Source: Bacteroidaceae bacterium
Lineage (GTDB): Bacteria; Bacillota; Clostridia; Oscillospirales; Acutalibacteraceae
Assembly: GCA_963620305.1 (NCBI GenBank)
Contig: CAVFAD010000002.1
Location: forward strand, 2,086 to 66,085
DNA length: 64,000 bases
Direction of reading: 5' to 3'
Below the pieces are notes generated by a model, which saw only the letters and a program-made list of their open reading frames with translations, was not told the DNA's origin and searched no databases. Of this stretch, positions 16,991 to 26,139 are shown piece by piece (the first letter of the stretch is position 1; each line of letters opens with the position of its first letter). Position numbers and translations under genes: made by a program.

Positions 16991-19900
16991 ATGACCGAAG
17001 AAAACCGCAACGTCCCCGCGGACGGATCTCACAGCAGCGGTATATCGCTCCCCGACGGAGCGGCGGACAAGTCACCGAGAAAGATAAATCCCGTGCCCGC
17101 AGTGCATACTACGGGCGGCGACGGGGAAATAAAGCTCCCCGAAACAAAAGCCGATATAATTACCGACACGGGAGCGCAGAGATTCATAAAAACGGGCAGT
17201 GCACCGAGAGTGACGCTGCACGCCGAGGAGAAGTCCGATACCGATGTGGAGAAGTATACGGACAGGCTTTCCGCGCGTCCGCAGCAGCGCATGCGCACAG
17301 GCTACACGGGCAAGATAAGGACATATGACGATAATCATTCCGCCCCGTCCGAGCATACAAAACGCATGATAATGCCCGACCCTTCCGAAAGCGAAATGCG
17401 TCGCGGGACGGAACAAACGGCAAAAGAAGCCGACGGCTTTGAATTTGATTCCGAGAGCCTTGAGCTGGATGAAGCGTCGAAAAAAGCGGCAGAGGCGGCT
17501 TCTTCCGATGAAAACACCGATTTGTCGGAGACTTCGGGCGCACGCGCCGACGGCGAGACTTCGGAAAAAACGGCGAACGGCGGCGCGGCAGACGCAGATG
17601 ACGGAGCGGATGACCGACCGACGAAAAAACTGCCCGAAAAGGGTGAATTGCTGCGCGAGATAGCGGGTACGGCAACGGACGATGTTCCGCATGACCCCGA
17701 TCAGATGATGATGGACGGCTACGGCGGGGACGGCGGCGACGGCTCACGCGAGGAGGCTCTGCGCAAAACCCGTGCGAAAAAAATCAGCAGCTTTCATTTT
17801 TGGGGCAAGGAGCATACGCAGACCTCGGACGGCAGCGCGGACGAAAAATTCACAAGCGGCGGCGGCAGAGAGCTGCCCGGTGCGCTTCAGCGTGCGGCAG
17901 ACCGTTTTTCGGGACTCGCGTCGTCGTTCACTCCCGTAAAGGGTGACGAGTACGGTAATGCCGAGAGCAGAAAAGCCGTTTTCGGCAGGCTTATAAAAAC
18001 GCGCAACGGCTGTCTTTTCAGAGCGGCGGCGGTTGCCCTTGCGGGTATAATTTTGCTTATTATTGACCTTTCGGTGTCGCTGAGCGCATCGAACAACGGC
18101 GGATTTTTTGCGGTTCTCGGCGGAAATTCGCTTGTATACAACATCATAAATTCCGTATTCCTTGCGGGGGCGGCTGCGGTTATGTTCCCCGACCTTAAGG
18201 CGGGCGCGGCATCGCTTTTGAAGGTTCAGCCGAAAGCCGATACTTCTCTTCTTGTTACGTTTGTGTTCGCGGCGGTTCAGAATATTTCCATGTATAACGC
18301 CTCGCTGAAAACGGAATACGACCTGCATCTGCTCACTCCCGCAGTGCTGCTGCTTTCGGTGCCGTACCTTGCGGCGAAGCTGTTTTTCTATGACAGCACG
18401 CGCCAGTGCTTTAAGGCTGTGTCCGCAAAAAGCGAAAAGTTTTATCTGCGGAGAGTTTCCGATACGCTTCTTGTGCGCGAAATGCTGCGCGACAGCGACG
18501 CGGACGAAAGCATAAATGTGGTATATGCAGGCAAAACGAAATTTATCAGCGCATTTTTATCGCGTTCGGCGGATTCGGCTGCGGCTGCAATGCCCGCATC
18601 GCGTCTTGTTTTGATATGTGCGGGAATGTCTGCCGTGCTCGGCATTATTGCACTTATAAAGGGTAAAAGTCTTGCAGCGGGAGCAACGGCGGCAACGCTT
18701 GCTTCGCTCTGCTCGTTCCCCGTCGGCAGTCTGCTGTTCCTCGGCAAGCGCCTTGCGGACGAAAACAAAAAGCTTTCGCTCAAGTCGTCGTTCGTACAAA
18801 GCTATGCCGACGCGCGCGACTTTTCGTACGTTGACGATATCGTTATCGACGATACCGACGTTATTAAGGCTGAGGTCGTCAAGTGCATCAGCGCGAAGGA
18901 CGTAAAAGAGAAGCAGGCGATGTTCGTTGCGGGTGTGCTTACGAGCGTCTCTGGCGGTCTGCTGAAACAAGCGTTCGCGCCCGGTATTGCGGGCTTTGAG
19001 GAGCGTCTGCCCGCTGCGGACGGACTTGTATACGAAGACAGGCTCGGCGTGTCCGCATGGATAAGCGGCTGCAAAATTCTGCTCGGCACGCATGCGCTTC
19101 TTGCAAACCACAACGTGGCAGTGCCCGAGGAGCGGATAGTAAATACGCTTATCGAGGACGGCTGCAAGCCTGTTTACCTCGCGATAGAGGGGCGTTTTGC
19201 CGCGCTGTTTTCGGTAAAATACACGCCGCTTGAGGGAGTTGCGGACAATCTCCGCCAGCTTGCCGACAACGGTGCAAACATACTCATTTCGACGGTTGAC
19301 GGCGATATAACCGACGCTTACGCCGAGCGGCTGCTCGATTTGCCTGCGGATTCCGTGCGTACGCTGCAGAAAAAGGTCACGGACAAGCTCTCGTCCTCGC
19401 GTACTGCGGTGACGGACTCAGAGGAAGCGGGAATCGTATTCGGCGATTCGGTAACGAGTCTTTGCCGCTGCGCCGCAGCTGCCATACGTCTTGACTCGGA
19501 AAAACGCATTTCAAAGCTTATCTGTACGGGCGCCTCCGCGCTCGGACTTATCATTACCGCGCTGCTTGTGCTGACGGGCGCATATGCGAAGGTTTCGTCC
19601 GCAGTGCCGGCTGTGCTGCAGCTGATTTGGATAGCGTTCTGCTTTGTTTCGCCCTTGCTGTTCGGAAATCTGTCGAAGCCGCGCGTGCGCAAGGCTCTTA
19701 AAAAATCCGCGCCCGACGAAAACGGCGGCATGCCGTACGGCGAAATGCTGTCAGACCGTTTCTCCGACGCGGACAGTGCGGCAAATGTGCCGACCGATGC
19801 TCGGTACGATAAAAATGTCGGCAACGAGAACAAAAACGGTGACGGCACAGATAATAATACGGCTGCCTCCGGGGAAGGCTCTGACGGCGACGACCCGATA

Positions 19901-20578
19901 AGCAAGGAAACTTATTCGGCTCTTGACGTTTTTGCCGATGATCAGGAGAAGTACGAACGCAGAAAAAATCGCGGAAAGCGTGCCGCAAAAGCGGCTGCCG
20001 ACGGGGATACGTCGGCGGTTTCCGAAGAAATGAGCGAGGAGGACTCCGATTCGCAGCCGAAGCCGTTCGCCGAAGCTGCCGCTAAACTGAAAAATGTTTT
20101 TGCGGGTGTTATTTCGCGTGAGCCGTACCGAGACGGCGACATCACGGAGGACGCCGACGAAACGGCGTCAGACGGGGAAGAAGCACCCGCAACACCCGAA
20201 AAACGTGCGGGCAGGCAGCGCACAAAACGTGAAACAGACGCTCCCGCGCCGCGCCGCAAGGGGATTTTGATACCCGACGGCACTGCCGCTCCGCGCCGCA
20301 AGGCAAAGGATACCTACAGTACCGCGAACGAAATAGAAGCGGAATACAAGCGCAAAAAAGACGAGGACGAGCGCATGCGCAGTATCTTTACCGCGCCCGA
20401 AATGCCCGCCGCGCCGCATTACGAGCTCGGCGAAAAGCCGCAGGAAAAGGCGCGTTTCGTTCCGCCGACAAACGTCGGCAGTGTGAACGTTTTTGACGAT
20501 TCCGTTTTCAGTCCGTTCGAGGACGATAAGATTTTTGCGGGACTGCACGACACCGAGAGCGAAAAATACGACTTCTGA
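16991..20578 (+). CDS. Large membrane protein with a degenerate P-type-ATPase-like core and long disordered termini
   Basis: AAGGAG RBS, 1195 aa. Acidic N-terminal region of about 330 aa, several TM helices, and P/N-domain-like blocks (VDDIVIDDTDVIK; RLGVSAWISGCKILLGTHALL; ANILISTVDGDITDAYAERL). Charged C-terminal region of about 300 aa. Confidence 0.8.
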   Translation: MTEENRNVPADGSHSSGISLPDGAADKSPRKINPVPAVHTTGGDGEIKLPETKADIITDTGAQRFIKTGSAPRVTLHAEEKSDTDVEKYTDRLSARPQQRMRTGYTGKIRTYDDNHSAPSEHTKRMIMPDPSESEMRRGTEQTAKEADGFEFDSESLELDEASKKAAEAASSDENTDLSETSGARADGETSEKTANGGAADADDGADDRPTKKLPEKGELLREIAGTATDDVPHDPDQMMMDGYGGDGGDGSREEALRKTRAKKISSFHFWGKEHTQTSDGSADEKFTSGGGRELPGALQRAADRFSGLASSFTPVKGDEYGNAESRKAVFGRLIKTRNGCLFRAAAVALAGIILLIIDLSVSLSASNNGGFFAVLGGNSLVYNIINSVFLAGAAAVMFPDLKAGAASLLKVQPKADTSLLVTFVFAAVQNISMYNASLKTEYDLHLLTPAVLLLSVPYLAAKLFFYDSTRQCFKAVSAKSEKFYLRRVSDTLLVREMLRDSDADESINVVYAGKTKFISAFLSRSADSAAAAMPASRLVLICAGMSAVLGIIALIKGKSLAAGATAATLASLCSFPVGSLLFLGKRLADENKKLSLKSSFVQSYADARDFSYVDDIVIDDTDVIKAEVVKCISAKDVKEKQAMFVAGVLTSVSGGLLKQAFAPGIAGFEERLPAADGLVYEDRLGVSAWISGCKILLGTHALLANHNVAVPEERIVNTLIEDGCKPVYLAIEGRFAALFSVKYTPLEGVADNLRQLADNGANILISTVDGDITDAYAERLLDLPADSVRTLQKKVTDKLSSSRTAVTDSEEAGIVFGDSVTSLCRCAAAAIRLDSEKRISKLICTGASALGLIITALLVLTGAYAKVSSAVPAVLQLIWIAFCFVSPLLFGNLSKPRVRKALKKSAPDENGGMPYGEMLSDRFSDADSAANVPTDARYDKNVGNENKNGDGTDNNTAASGEGSDGDDPISKETYSALDVFADDQEKYERRKNRGKRAAKAAADGDTSAVSEEMSEEDSDSQPKPFAEAAAKLKNVFAGVISREPYRDGDITEDADETASDGEEAPATPEKRAGRQRTKRETDAPAPRRKGILIPDGTAAPRRKAKDTYSTANEIEAEYKRKKDEDERMRSIFTAPEMPAAPHYELGEKPQEKARFVPPTNVGSVNVFDDSVFSPFEDDKIFAGLHDTESEKYDF

Positions 20579-20708
20579 GAGGAAAATGCCGAAAAAATTC
20601 GGCGTGTCTGCGGTAACATTCGGCTTGACGGCGGCAGCACCCGGTTTGCCTGAGGGAACGCTCCGCGGAACGCGGTGTTTTGCGCAGATAATAATACAAA
20701 ATAACAAG

Positions 20709-20756
20709 GACTGTATTTCAGCGGGCATATACGCCTTGCGAAATACAGTCTTTTTT
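20709..20756 (+). terminator. Rho-independent terminator
   Basis: 11-bp stem gactgtatttc / gaaatacagtc followed by TTTTTT. Shares the aatacagtctttt arm with the hairpin at 50971-51020. Confidence 0.7.
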
Positions 20757-20796
20757 GCGTTTTATTGTTTTTCTCGGCGGGTTTTAAGAGGGCGCG

Positions 20797-21858
20797 TCAG
20801 CCGCCGATAAGCCACCCGATAAGGTCAATGTCCGAATCAAGGAAAGCAAGGCTCGGCACGGAAAAATGATCCGCGCCGTCGAATACGGTAATTTCCGCGA
20901 CGGCACCCGCTGCCTTTAATGCGGCAACGACCTCTTGTGAGGAGCTCGGCGGCACAACGGTATCCGCCGAACCGACAAACGCGTGAATCGGGATGTTTTT
21001 CAGCTTGCCGATGACGTCCGACGTATTGCGCACACTCCCCGAAAGCGGAGCTATACGGGCAAACAAATTCGGGAAAGCGCAGGCAAGAGACCATGTTCCC
21101 GTGCCGCCCATGCTGTACCCCGTCAGTGAAATATTATTTCTGTCGGTTTTATAGGTATCTGCCGTTTTGCCGATGAGCTCGGAGATTGCCGACGCTGCGT
21201 TGACCCAGCCTTTTTGCGTGCTCGGCAGCTGCGGAATAAGCACATAGGCGCGCACATCGCCGAGCCGACCGTTTTTCAAATATTGCGGGAACCCGTCGAC
21301 AGCCGTAATTAAATTCAGGTCGCTGCCCTTTCCCGTTCCGCCGTGCAGATATACGATAAGCGGCATATTCTCCGTGGGGTCGGACGGGGTGTAGAGCCAA
21401 TACCGAAAAGTGCCGAGCTGCGAAGTACCGATTGAGCAAGCCGTAAATGAGGCGGGAGTACCGCTTTTTGTCGGCACTTCGGTTTTTTCGGAAACAGAGG
21501 AAGTAACGTTTTCCGTCTCCTTTTCCGTCTCCTTTTCAGGCTCTTTTTCCGTATCCTTTTCAGTCTCTTTTTCTGTCTGTTGTGCGGTCGTGTTTTCGCC
21601 CCTTTTCGGCGCTGTGACGGAGGAGTCCGACAGGGCGGCATTTTTCGCCTCTTTTTCCGTCGGTTCAATTCCGTCGGTCGCCGTACGTGCCGCTGCTGCG
21701 GTTGTATTTTTGCCGACCGACTCGGCAGCCTGCGCCGACGCGGCGGTGCTGCTTTTAACTGAAATGTTCTCGGCGTTGTTTTGACAGCCGCAAAGCGACG
21801 ATGCCGTCAGTACGGCAAGCGACAGCAGAACGAACCGTTTGAGAGGTTTATTTTTCAT
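20797..21858 (-). CDS. Lipoprotein esterase (alpha/beta hydrolase, PHB-depolymerase/feruloyl-esterase-like)
   Basis: AAGGAAG RBS before MKNKPLKRFVLLSLAVLTASSLCGC (lipobox). TEKETEKDTEKEPEKETEKETE linker. Motifs LIVYLHGG and GYSMGG (GxSxG). Confidence 0.8.
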   Translation of the reverse strand: MKNKPLKRFVLLSLAVLTASSLCGCQNNAENISVKSSTAASAQAAESVGKNTTAAAARTATDGIEPTEKEAKNAALSDSSVTAPKRGENTTAQQTEKETEKDTEKEPEKETEKETENVTSSVSEKTEVPTKSGTPASFTACSIGTSQLGTFRYWLYTPSDPTENMPLIVYLHGGTGKGSDLNLITAVDGFPQYLKNGRLGDVRAYVLIPQLPSTQKGWVNAASAISELIGKTADTYKTDRNNISLTGYSMGGTGTWSLACAFPNLFARIAPLSGSVRNTSDVIGKLKNIPIHAFVGSADTVVPPSSSQEVVAALKAAGAVAEITVFDGADHFSVPSLAFLDSDIDLIGWLIGG

Positions 21859-21975
21859 TTTGCAGGCTTCCTTAGCTTTTGCCGTGCTTTCGGCTTTTCG
21901 GCAGAAGCGAAATCTTGACAGTGTTTTTATTTGTACTTTTAAGCTGACGGGCGGCATGGTTAAACTCCCGTCGGC

Positions 21976-23175
21976 TCAGTTCGAGGGGACTTCGAGCACG
22001 ATGTCGGACAGGGCAAATGCCGCGCACGGGTGAATATAGCCGTTTTCTCTGTCGGAGTGTCTTCTGCCCTCGTCGTTTTCCTGCGGTACGTAAACATTTC
22101 CCGAAAGGAGTTTTGAACGGCACCAGCCGCATTCGCCGCTTCTGCAGCGTGACGGTGCGGCGATTCCCGCGCGTTCGATTGCGACGAGTATCGGCTCATC
22201 TGCCGAAACGGGTATTGTTTTCTCGACCGTGTTCGTCCGTACCGCGGCGGTGAAGGTTTTTCCTTTGCATTCGGACGGGTAGTCCGCGTTCTCACTCACG
22301 TTTTTGGCAACGCCGAGAAGCTCGCGGCGAATATGTTTTCTGTCAAGACCGAGCTTTGCAAGTTCTTTTTCGGCAAAGCGGTACATTGCCTCGGGACCGC
22401 ACATGAACACGGAAAATTCTTTCCCGTCGGGCGCATATTTTTTGATGATGTCCGCTGTTATAAAGCCGTGCTCGCAGCCGTCCTTTTCTTCGTCGGAAAG
22501 GACGTACACCGTTTTTACGCGGGGGCATTTTGCGGAAATCTCGTCAAGCTCGTCCCTGAACAGAATGCTGTCCGACGTTCTGCTGCCGAAAAGAACCGTG
22601 AGATTGAAGTCCTCCGTGCCGTCGCATACGGCATGCGCCATTGACAGAAACGGAGTGATTCCGCTGCCGCCCGCAAGTGCGACGACGTCCTTGCAGTCGC
22701 GCAGCTCCTCATAAAAGAAGCTGCCGAGCGGCTCGGATACGGTGAGAGTGTCGCCGACCTTTATCTCCGACAGAAGATAATCCGACACGAAGCCGTTCGG
22801 GGCGCGGCGAACGGTTATTTTGTATTGCCCGTTCTTTGCGAGGGACGGCGCGGAGCTTATCGAATACGGGCGCGTTACGGTGCTTTCTCCTATTTTCAGG
22901 CTGACGCTCAGATACTGTCCCGCTCTGAAATACGCCGCACTGTCTGCGGAAAGGGTAAATGTCTTTGCGTTTGCGCCGACGTGCTCGGTTATGTCCGTCA
23001 CTTTCATGATTTGACGGTCGGGGTGAAGCTTTTTCGCGTTTTCGTTTATCGGAAATACCGCCGAAACCGCTCTTTCGGGCGCATTTTTGATAACGCGGTT
23101 TTTCTCCGTTATGTGGCTCACGAGCTTTGCAATGTCGCTGAAGCCGTTTTTGCCTACGTTCAGTTTAAGTGCCAT
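21976..23175 (-). CDS. Ferredoxin-NAD(P) reductase-like flavoprotein with a C-terminal plant-type 2Fe-2S domain
   Basis: Motifs RPYSISS, LAGGSGITP and CRSGECGWCRSKL...C. GGGAGG RBS. The start overlaps the upstream stop (TGATG). Confidence 0.8.
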   Translation of the reverse strand: MALKLNVGKNGFSDIAKLVSHITEKNRVIKNAPERAVSAVFPINENAKKLHPDRQIMKVTDITEHVGANAKTFTLSADSAAYFRAGQYLSVSLKIGESTVTRPYSISSAPSLAKNGQYKITVRRAPNGFVSDYLLSEIKVGDTLTVSEPLGSFFYEELRDCKDVVALAGGSGITPFLSMAHAVCDGTEDFNLTVLFGSRTSDSILFRDELDEISAKCPRVKTVYVLSDEEKDGCEHGFITADIIKKYAPDGKEFSVFMCGPEAMYRFAEKELAKLGLDRKHIRRELLGVAKNVSENADYPSECKGKTFTAAVRTNTVEKTIPVSADEPILVAIERAGIAAPSRCRSGECGWCRSKLLSGNVYVPQENDEGRRHSDRENGYIHPCAAFALSDIVLEVPSN

Positions 23176-24713
23176 CAGTTTTTACCTCCCTTGCCGTTCA
23201 GCTCCTTTAACGCTGCTTTTGCGACAATGCTGCCGCACATGTATGTCGAGCTGTAGCCGTCGCCGCGCTGTCCCGAGGCACCTATGGGTTTGAGTCCTTT
23301 TATCGGGAAGTCCGCGCCCTGCGATGCGATTCTTGAGAGAATGCTGTCCCAGTCCTTTGTCATGTAGCCGTACACGCTGCCCTCGGGCACGCCGAGATAA
23401 CGCGCAAAGGTGAGGGGAGAGGCTATAGATATTTCTTCGATGTACGGAGTGAGCGTTATGCCCGTTTTTCTCTCGAAATTCGCTATGATTTTCTTTGCAA
23501 GGCTGTTTTTTACCCCGATATAGTCTTCGTCCGTCACGTTGTTCCAGTCATCGGCGGCGGTGAACATCGTCGTAAAGCTGCACATCGACGTTCCCTCGGG
23601 AGACGCTTCGGGGTTCGCAATGTTATAACAGAGGAAAATCGAGTAGTTGTTTGTGCCGATTTTCTTCAAGCTGTTAAATTCCTTTTCCGAGTCCGCCGAA
23701 TCGGCAAGGAAAATGCTGTAGTCTTTTATGCCGAGCTGCTCGGCGGTTTTGTTAAGACCGAGATACACGGTGAACATTCTCGCGCCGAAATCGCGGTTTC
23801 GCGCTGCGGAAAGCTTCTTTTCTCTTGCGGGCACGAGGCTTTTCGGCATCATTGTGCCGTAGATTATGTCGGGGTTGATATCGGCGAAAACAACATCGGC
23901 ATAAAAATCGCCCGCGGTCGTTTTCACTCCGCAGCAGCTTTCGCCCTCAAAGAGAAATTCTTCGGCGCGGCAGTTGAATTTTATGTCGCCGCCGAGCGAA
24001 CGGAAGCGTTCCGTCATTGCACAGCTTATTTCGTGTGAAGTGTGTGTCGGAATGTACGCGCCGAGGGTGACGTAGTTATAAACCATTGACGCGTAATGAA
24101 AAAACGAAAGGCGCTTGAGGTCAACTCCGAGATATGACCAGTAGACCGAGAGAATGTCTCGGCATTTTTGCGGAAGTCCGAGTGCTTCGAATACTTCTTC
24201 CGACGAATATCCCGCAGATTTGAACACGTTTTTGTAGCTTTTCAGCAGGTGACCGACGGATATTTTCGGACTGTCAAGGTATGTTACAAGGTCGTTAAGT
24301 TCATGCAGAAGGTCGAAAAAATCGGTCATCGGCTTGCGGCTGCCGGGCACGTATTCTTCCGTTTTGTCTATAAAAGCGTCAACACCTGCGGGCATCGTAA
24401 CATCCATGGGAGTCCCGTCACTGTAGCGGGAAATGCACCTGAAGCAGTCGTCGACGCGCTGCCAGCGAACCTTTACGCCGTATCTGTCCATGAGCCTGCG
24501 CACGTCGCCCGGTTTTTCTTCGCTGCCGACTCCGCAAAGCTCGTGCAGAGACGGCTCAAATTCAAATCTGCCTCTGCAAAAGCTTGACGCGCAGCCGCCC
24601 GGCAGATTGTGCTTTTCAATGAGCAAGGTTTTTTTGCCCGATGTTATCATTTCGAGAGCGGCGGCAAGTCCGGCGCAGCCCGAGCCGACAACAATTGCAT
24701 CGTATTTTTTCAT
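23175..24713 (-). CDS. NAD(P)/FAD-dependent oxidoreductase, phytoene-desaturase (CrtI/COG1233)-like
   Basis: N-terminal dinucleotide fold KKYDAIVVGSGCAGLAAALEM...LIEKHNLPGG. About 510 aa. GAGGTG RBS before the ATG at 24713. Confidence 0.8.
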   Translation of the reverse strand: MKKYDAIVVGSGCAGLAAALEMITSGKKTLLIEKHNLPGGCASSFCRGRFEFEPSLHELCGVGSEEKPGDVRRLMDRYGVKVRWQRVDDCFRCISRYSDGTPMDVTMPAGVDAFIDKTEEYVPGSRKPMTDFFDLLHELNDLVTYLDSPKISVGHLLKSYKNVFKSAGYSSEEVFEALGLPQKCRDILSVYWSYLGVDLKRLSFFHYASMVYNYVTLGAYIPTHTSHEISCAMTERFRSLGGDIKFNCRAEEFLFEGESCCGVKTTAGDFYADVVFADINPDIIYGTMMPKSLVPAREKKLSAARNRDFGARMFTVYLGLNKTAEQLGIKDYSIFLADSADSEKEFNSLKKIGTNNYSIFLCYNIANPEASPEGTSMCSFTTMFTAADDWNNVTDEDYIGVKNSLAKKIIANFERKTGITLTPYIEEISIASPLTFARYLGVPEGSVYGYMTKDWDSILSRIASQGADFPIKGLKPIGASGQRGDGYSSTYMCGSIVAKAALKELNGKGGKN

Positions 24714-24929
24714 AAGACACCTCAAGCGGTATAATTTTGCAATACCATTTTAACACAAGCCGAGCGGGAATACAACCTGTGAATGTCTGAAAATCGCAGT
24801 CTCGCCTGACGAAAAGTCCCGCACGCGCTCCCGTCAAAAAAACCGCAGCTTCGCGTGGTGCATCTTACGGCAAAAAAACACGCCCCTCCGAAGTCGGCGA
24901 AGCGTGCTGTAAATGTAAGTTTTTCGATC

Positions 24930-25754
24930 CTATTCGGCGGTAAATGCGGTATATACCGTCGTCGTGTCGTTTTTATATGTATAGGTAAATGAGAAGCGGT
25001 AGGTTTTTCCGCTTTCGAGCGGCTCGACCTTGTGAAAATCGAGCGATGCGGTTTCGGTCAGGCTTTCGCCGCTTTTTACGGTTTTGATTGCCGTAAATAC
25101 ATTTGCGCCGTCTATGAGCTTTGTATATTTGCCGTCCGCTTCGACGCGGTCGACCCACGGCACGAACGAGTACGGAATATCAATATCGTGTGCGGATTTA
25201 TTCTCGATAAGCGCACTTACTTCGTTCTTTTCCGCATTGTATGACCACGTTATGCGGACATCTTCGCTTTTCGCCGTGTTGCCTTCGGCATTTTGCGCGT
25301 CGGTCATTTTTCGCGGAGTAAAGCTGTGCATTATCACTGTTTTGTCAATGTCGGTGACTGCACCGCCCGCATCACTGCGGAAATAGGGGAGCGTCAGGCG
25401 GTAAACCGTGTCGGATTCAAGCGGCGAGATTCCTTCGCGGGAGAGGGAAATTTCCGCCGTGCCCGTTTTCCCTTTTTCGACGGTCAGCCTGTCGGAAAAC
25501 TGTGACATTTTTTCGGCTGCCGCCGCAAAATCGCCGTTTTCGTCGGCTTTTTCGAGCGAGACGGCTGCAAGGTCTGCTTCGATACCGTGTGACGAAAAGT
25601 TGTCAATATTAACGGAAAGCTCGTTTTTCTCCGCATTGTATGACCATGTCACGCGGACATCTTCGCTTTTGCCGTCGTCCTTTTCGGTCGCGCAGGAGCA
25701 GAACAGCATGACAAAAAGCAGCATAACGGAACACAATCGCACGGTGATTTTCAT
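24930..25754 (-). CDS. Lipoprotein with an internal two-fold domain duplication, unknown function
   Basis: Lipobox LFCSC. Duplicated segments SEDVRVTWSYNAEKNELSVNIDNFSSHGIE and SEDVRITWSYNAEKNEVSALIENKSAHDID. Confidence 0.7.
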   Translation of the reverse strand: MKITVRLCSVMLLFVMLFCSCATEKDDGKSEDVRVTWSYNAEKNELSVNIDNFSSHGIEADLAAVSLEKADENGDFAAAAEKMSQFSDRLTVEKGKTGTAEISLSREGISPLESDTVYRLTLPYFRSDAGGAVTDIDKTVIMHSFTPRKMTDAQNAEGNTAKSEDVRITWSYNAEKNEVSALIENKSAHDIDIPYSFVPWVDRVEADGKYTKLIDGANVFTAIKTVKSGESLTETASLDFHKVEPLESGKTYRFSFTYTYKNDTTTVYTAFTAE

Positions 25755-26059
25755 TGCAGAACAACTTCCTTCCTGTTTTTTTCTTGTATATAAATGTTAC
25801 CACAAACGAACCTTTTTTGAAAACGGCAAAAGTTCACAAAATTTCGGGGGGGGATTTGTGCATATTTTTCGGCGGGGGCATTTTGCGGCGCGGGTGCCGA
25901 ACGGGCAAAAAATTTTTGCGGAGTGCCGCAGAATACGGGCGGCACGGGTTTTTCTTTTGTCGGATTGCGGAGCGTCTCCGGTACGGGCGGCGGGTGTTGT
26001 TACAATCCACAAAACACGCGTTTGCAATTTGTGGAACATACCGAAAATCCCGCAGCCGA

Positions 26060-26088
26060 TTGCAAACGAATGTGCGAAGTGTTATAAT
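26060..26088 (+). promoter_or_regulatory. Sigma-A-type promoter with an upstream inverted repeat
   Basis: TTGCAA, 17-nt spacer, TATAAT. An 8-bp inverted repeat tccacaaa/tttgtgga lies at 26006-26035, just upstream. Confidence 0.55.
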
Positions 26089-26139
26089 CATGATATATTA
26101 TTTTAACTTAATTTAAACAAACGGAGTTGAGAAAGCATC

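Noticed and set aside
21490-21570. DNA-level periodicity in the esterase gene (TEKETEKDTEKEPEKETEKETE linker).
   Set aside because: It is explained by a low-complexity Thr/Glu/Lys linker within a well-supported CDS, so it is not an independent element.
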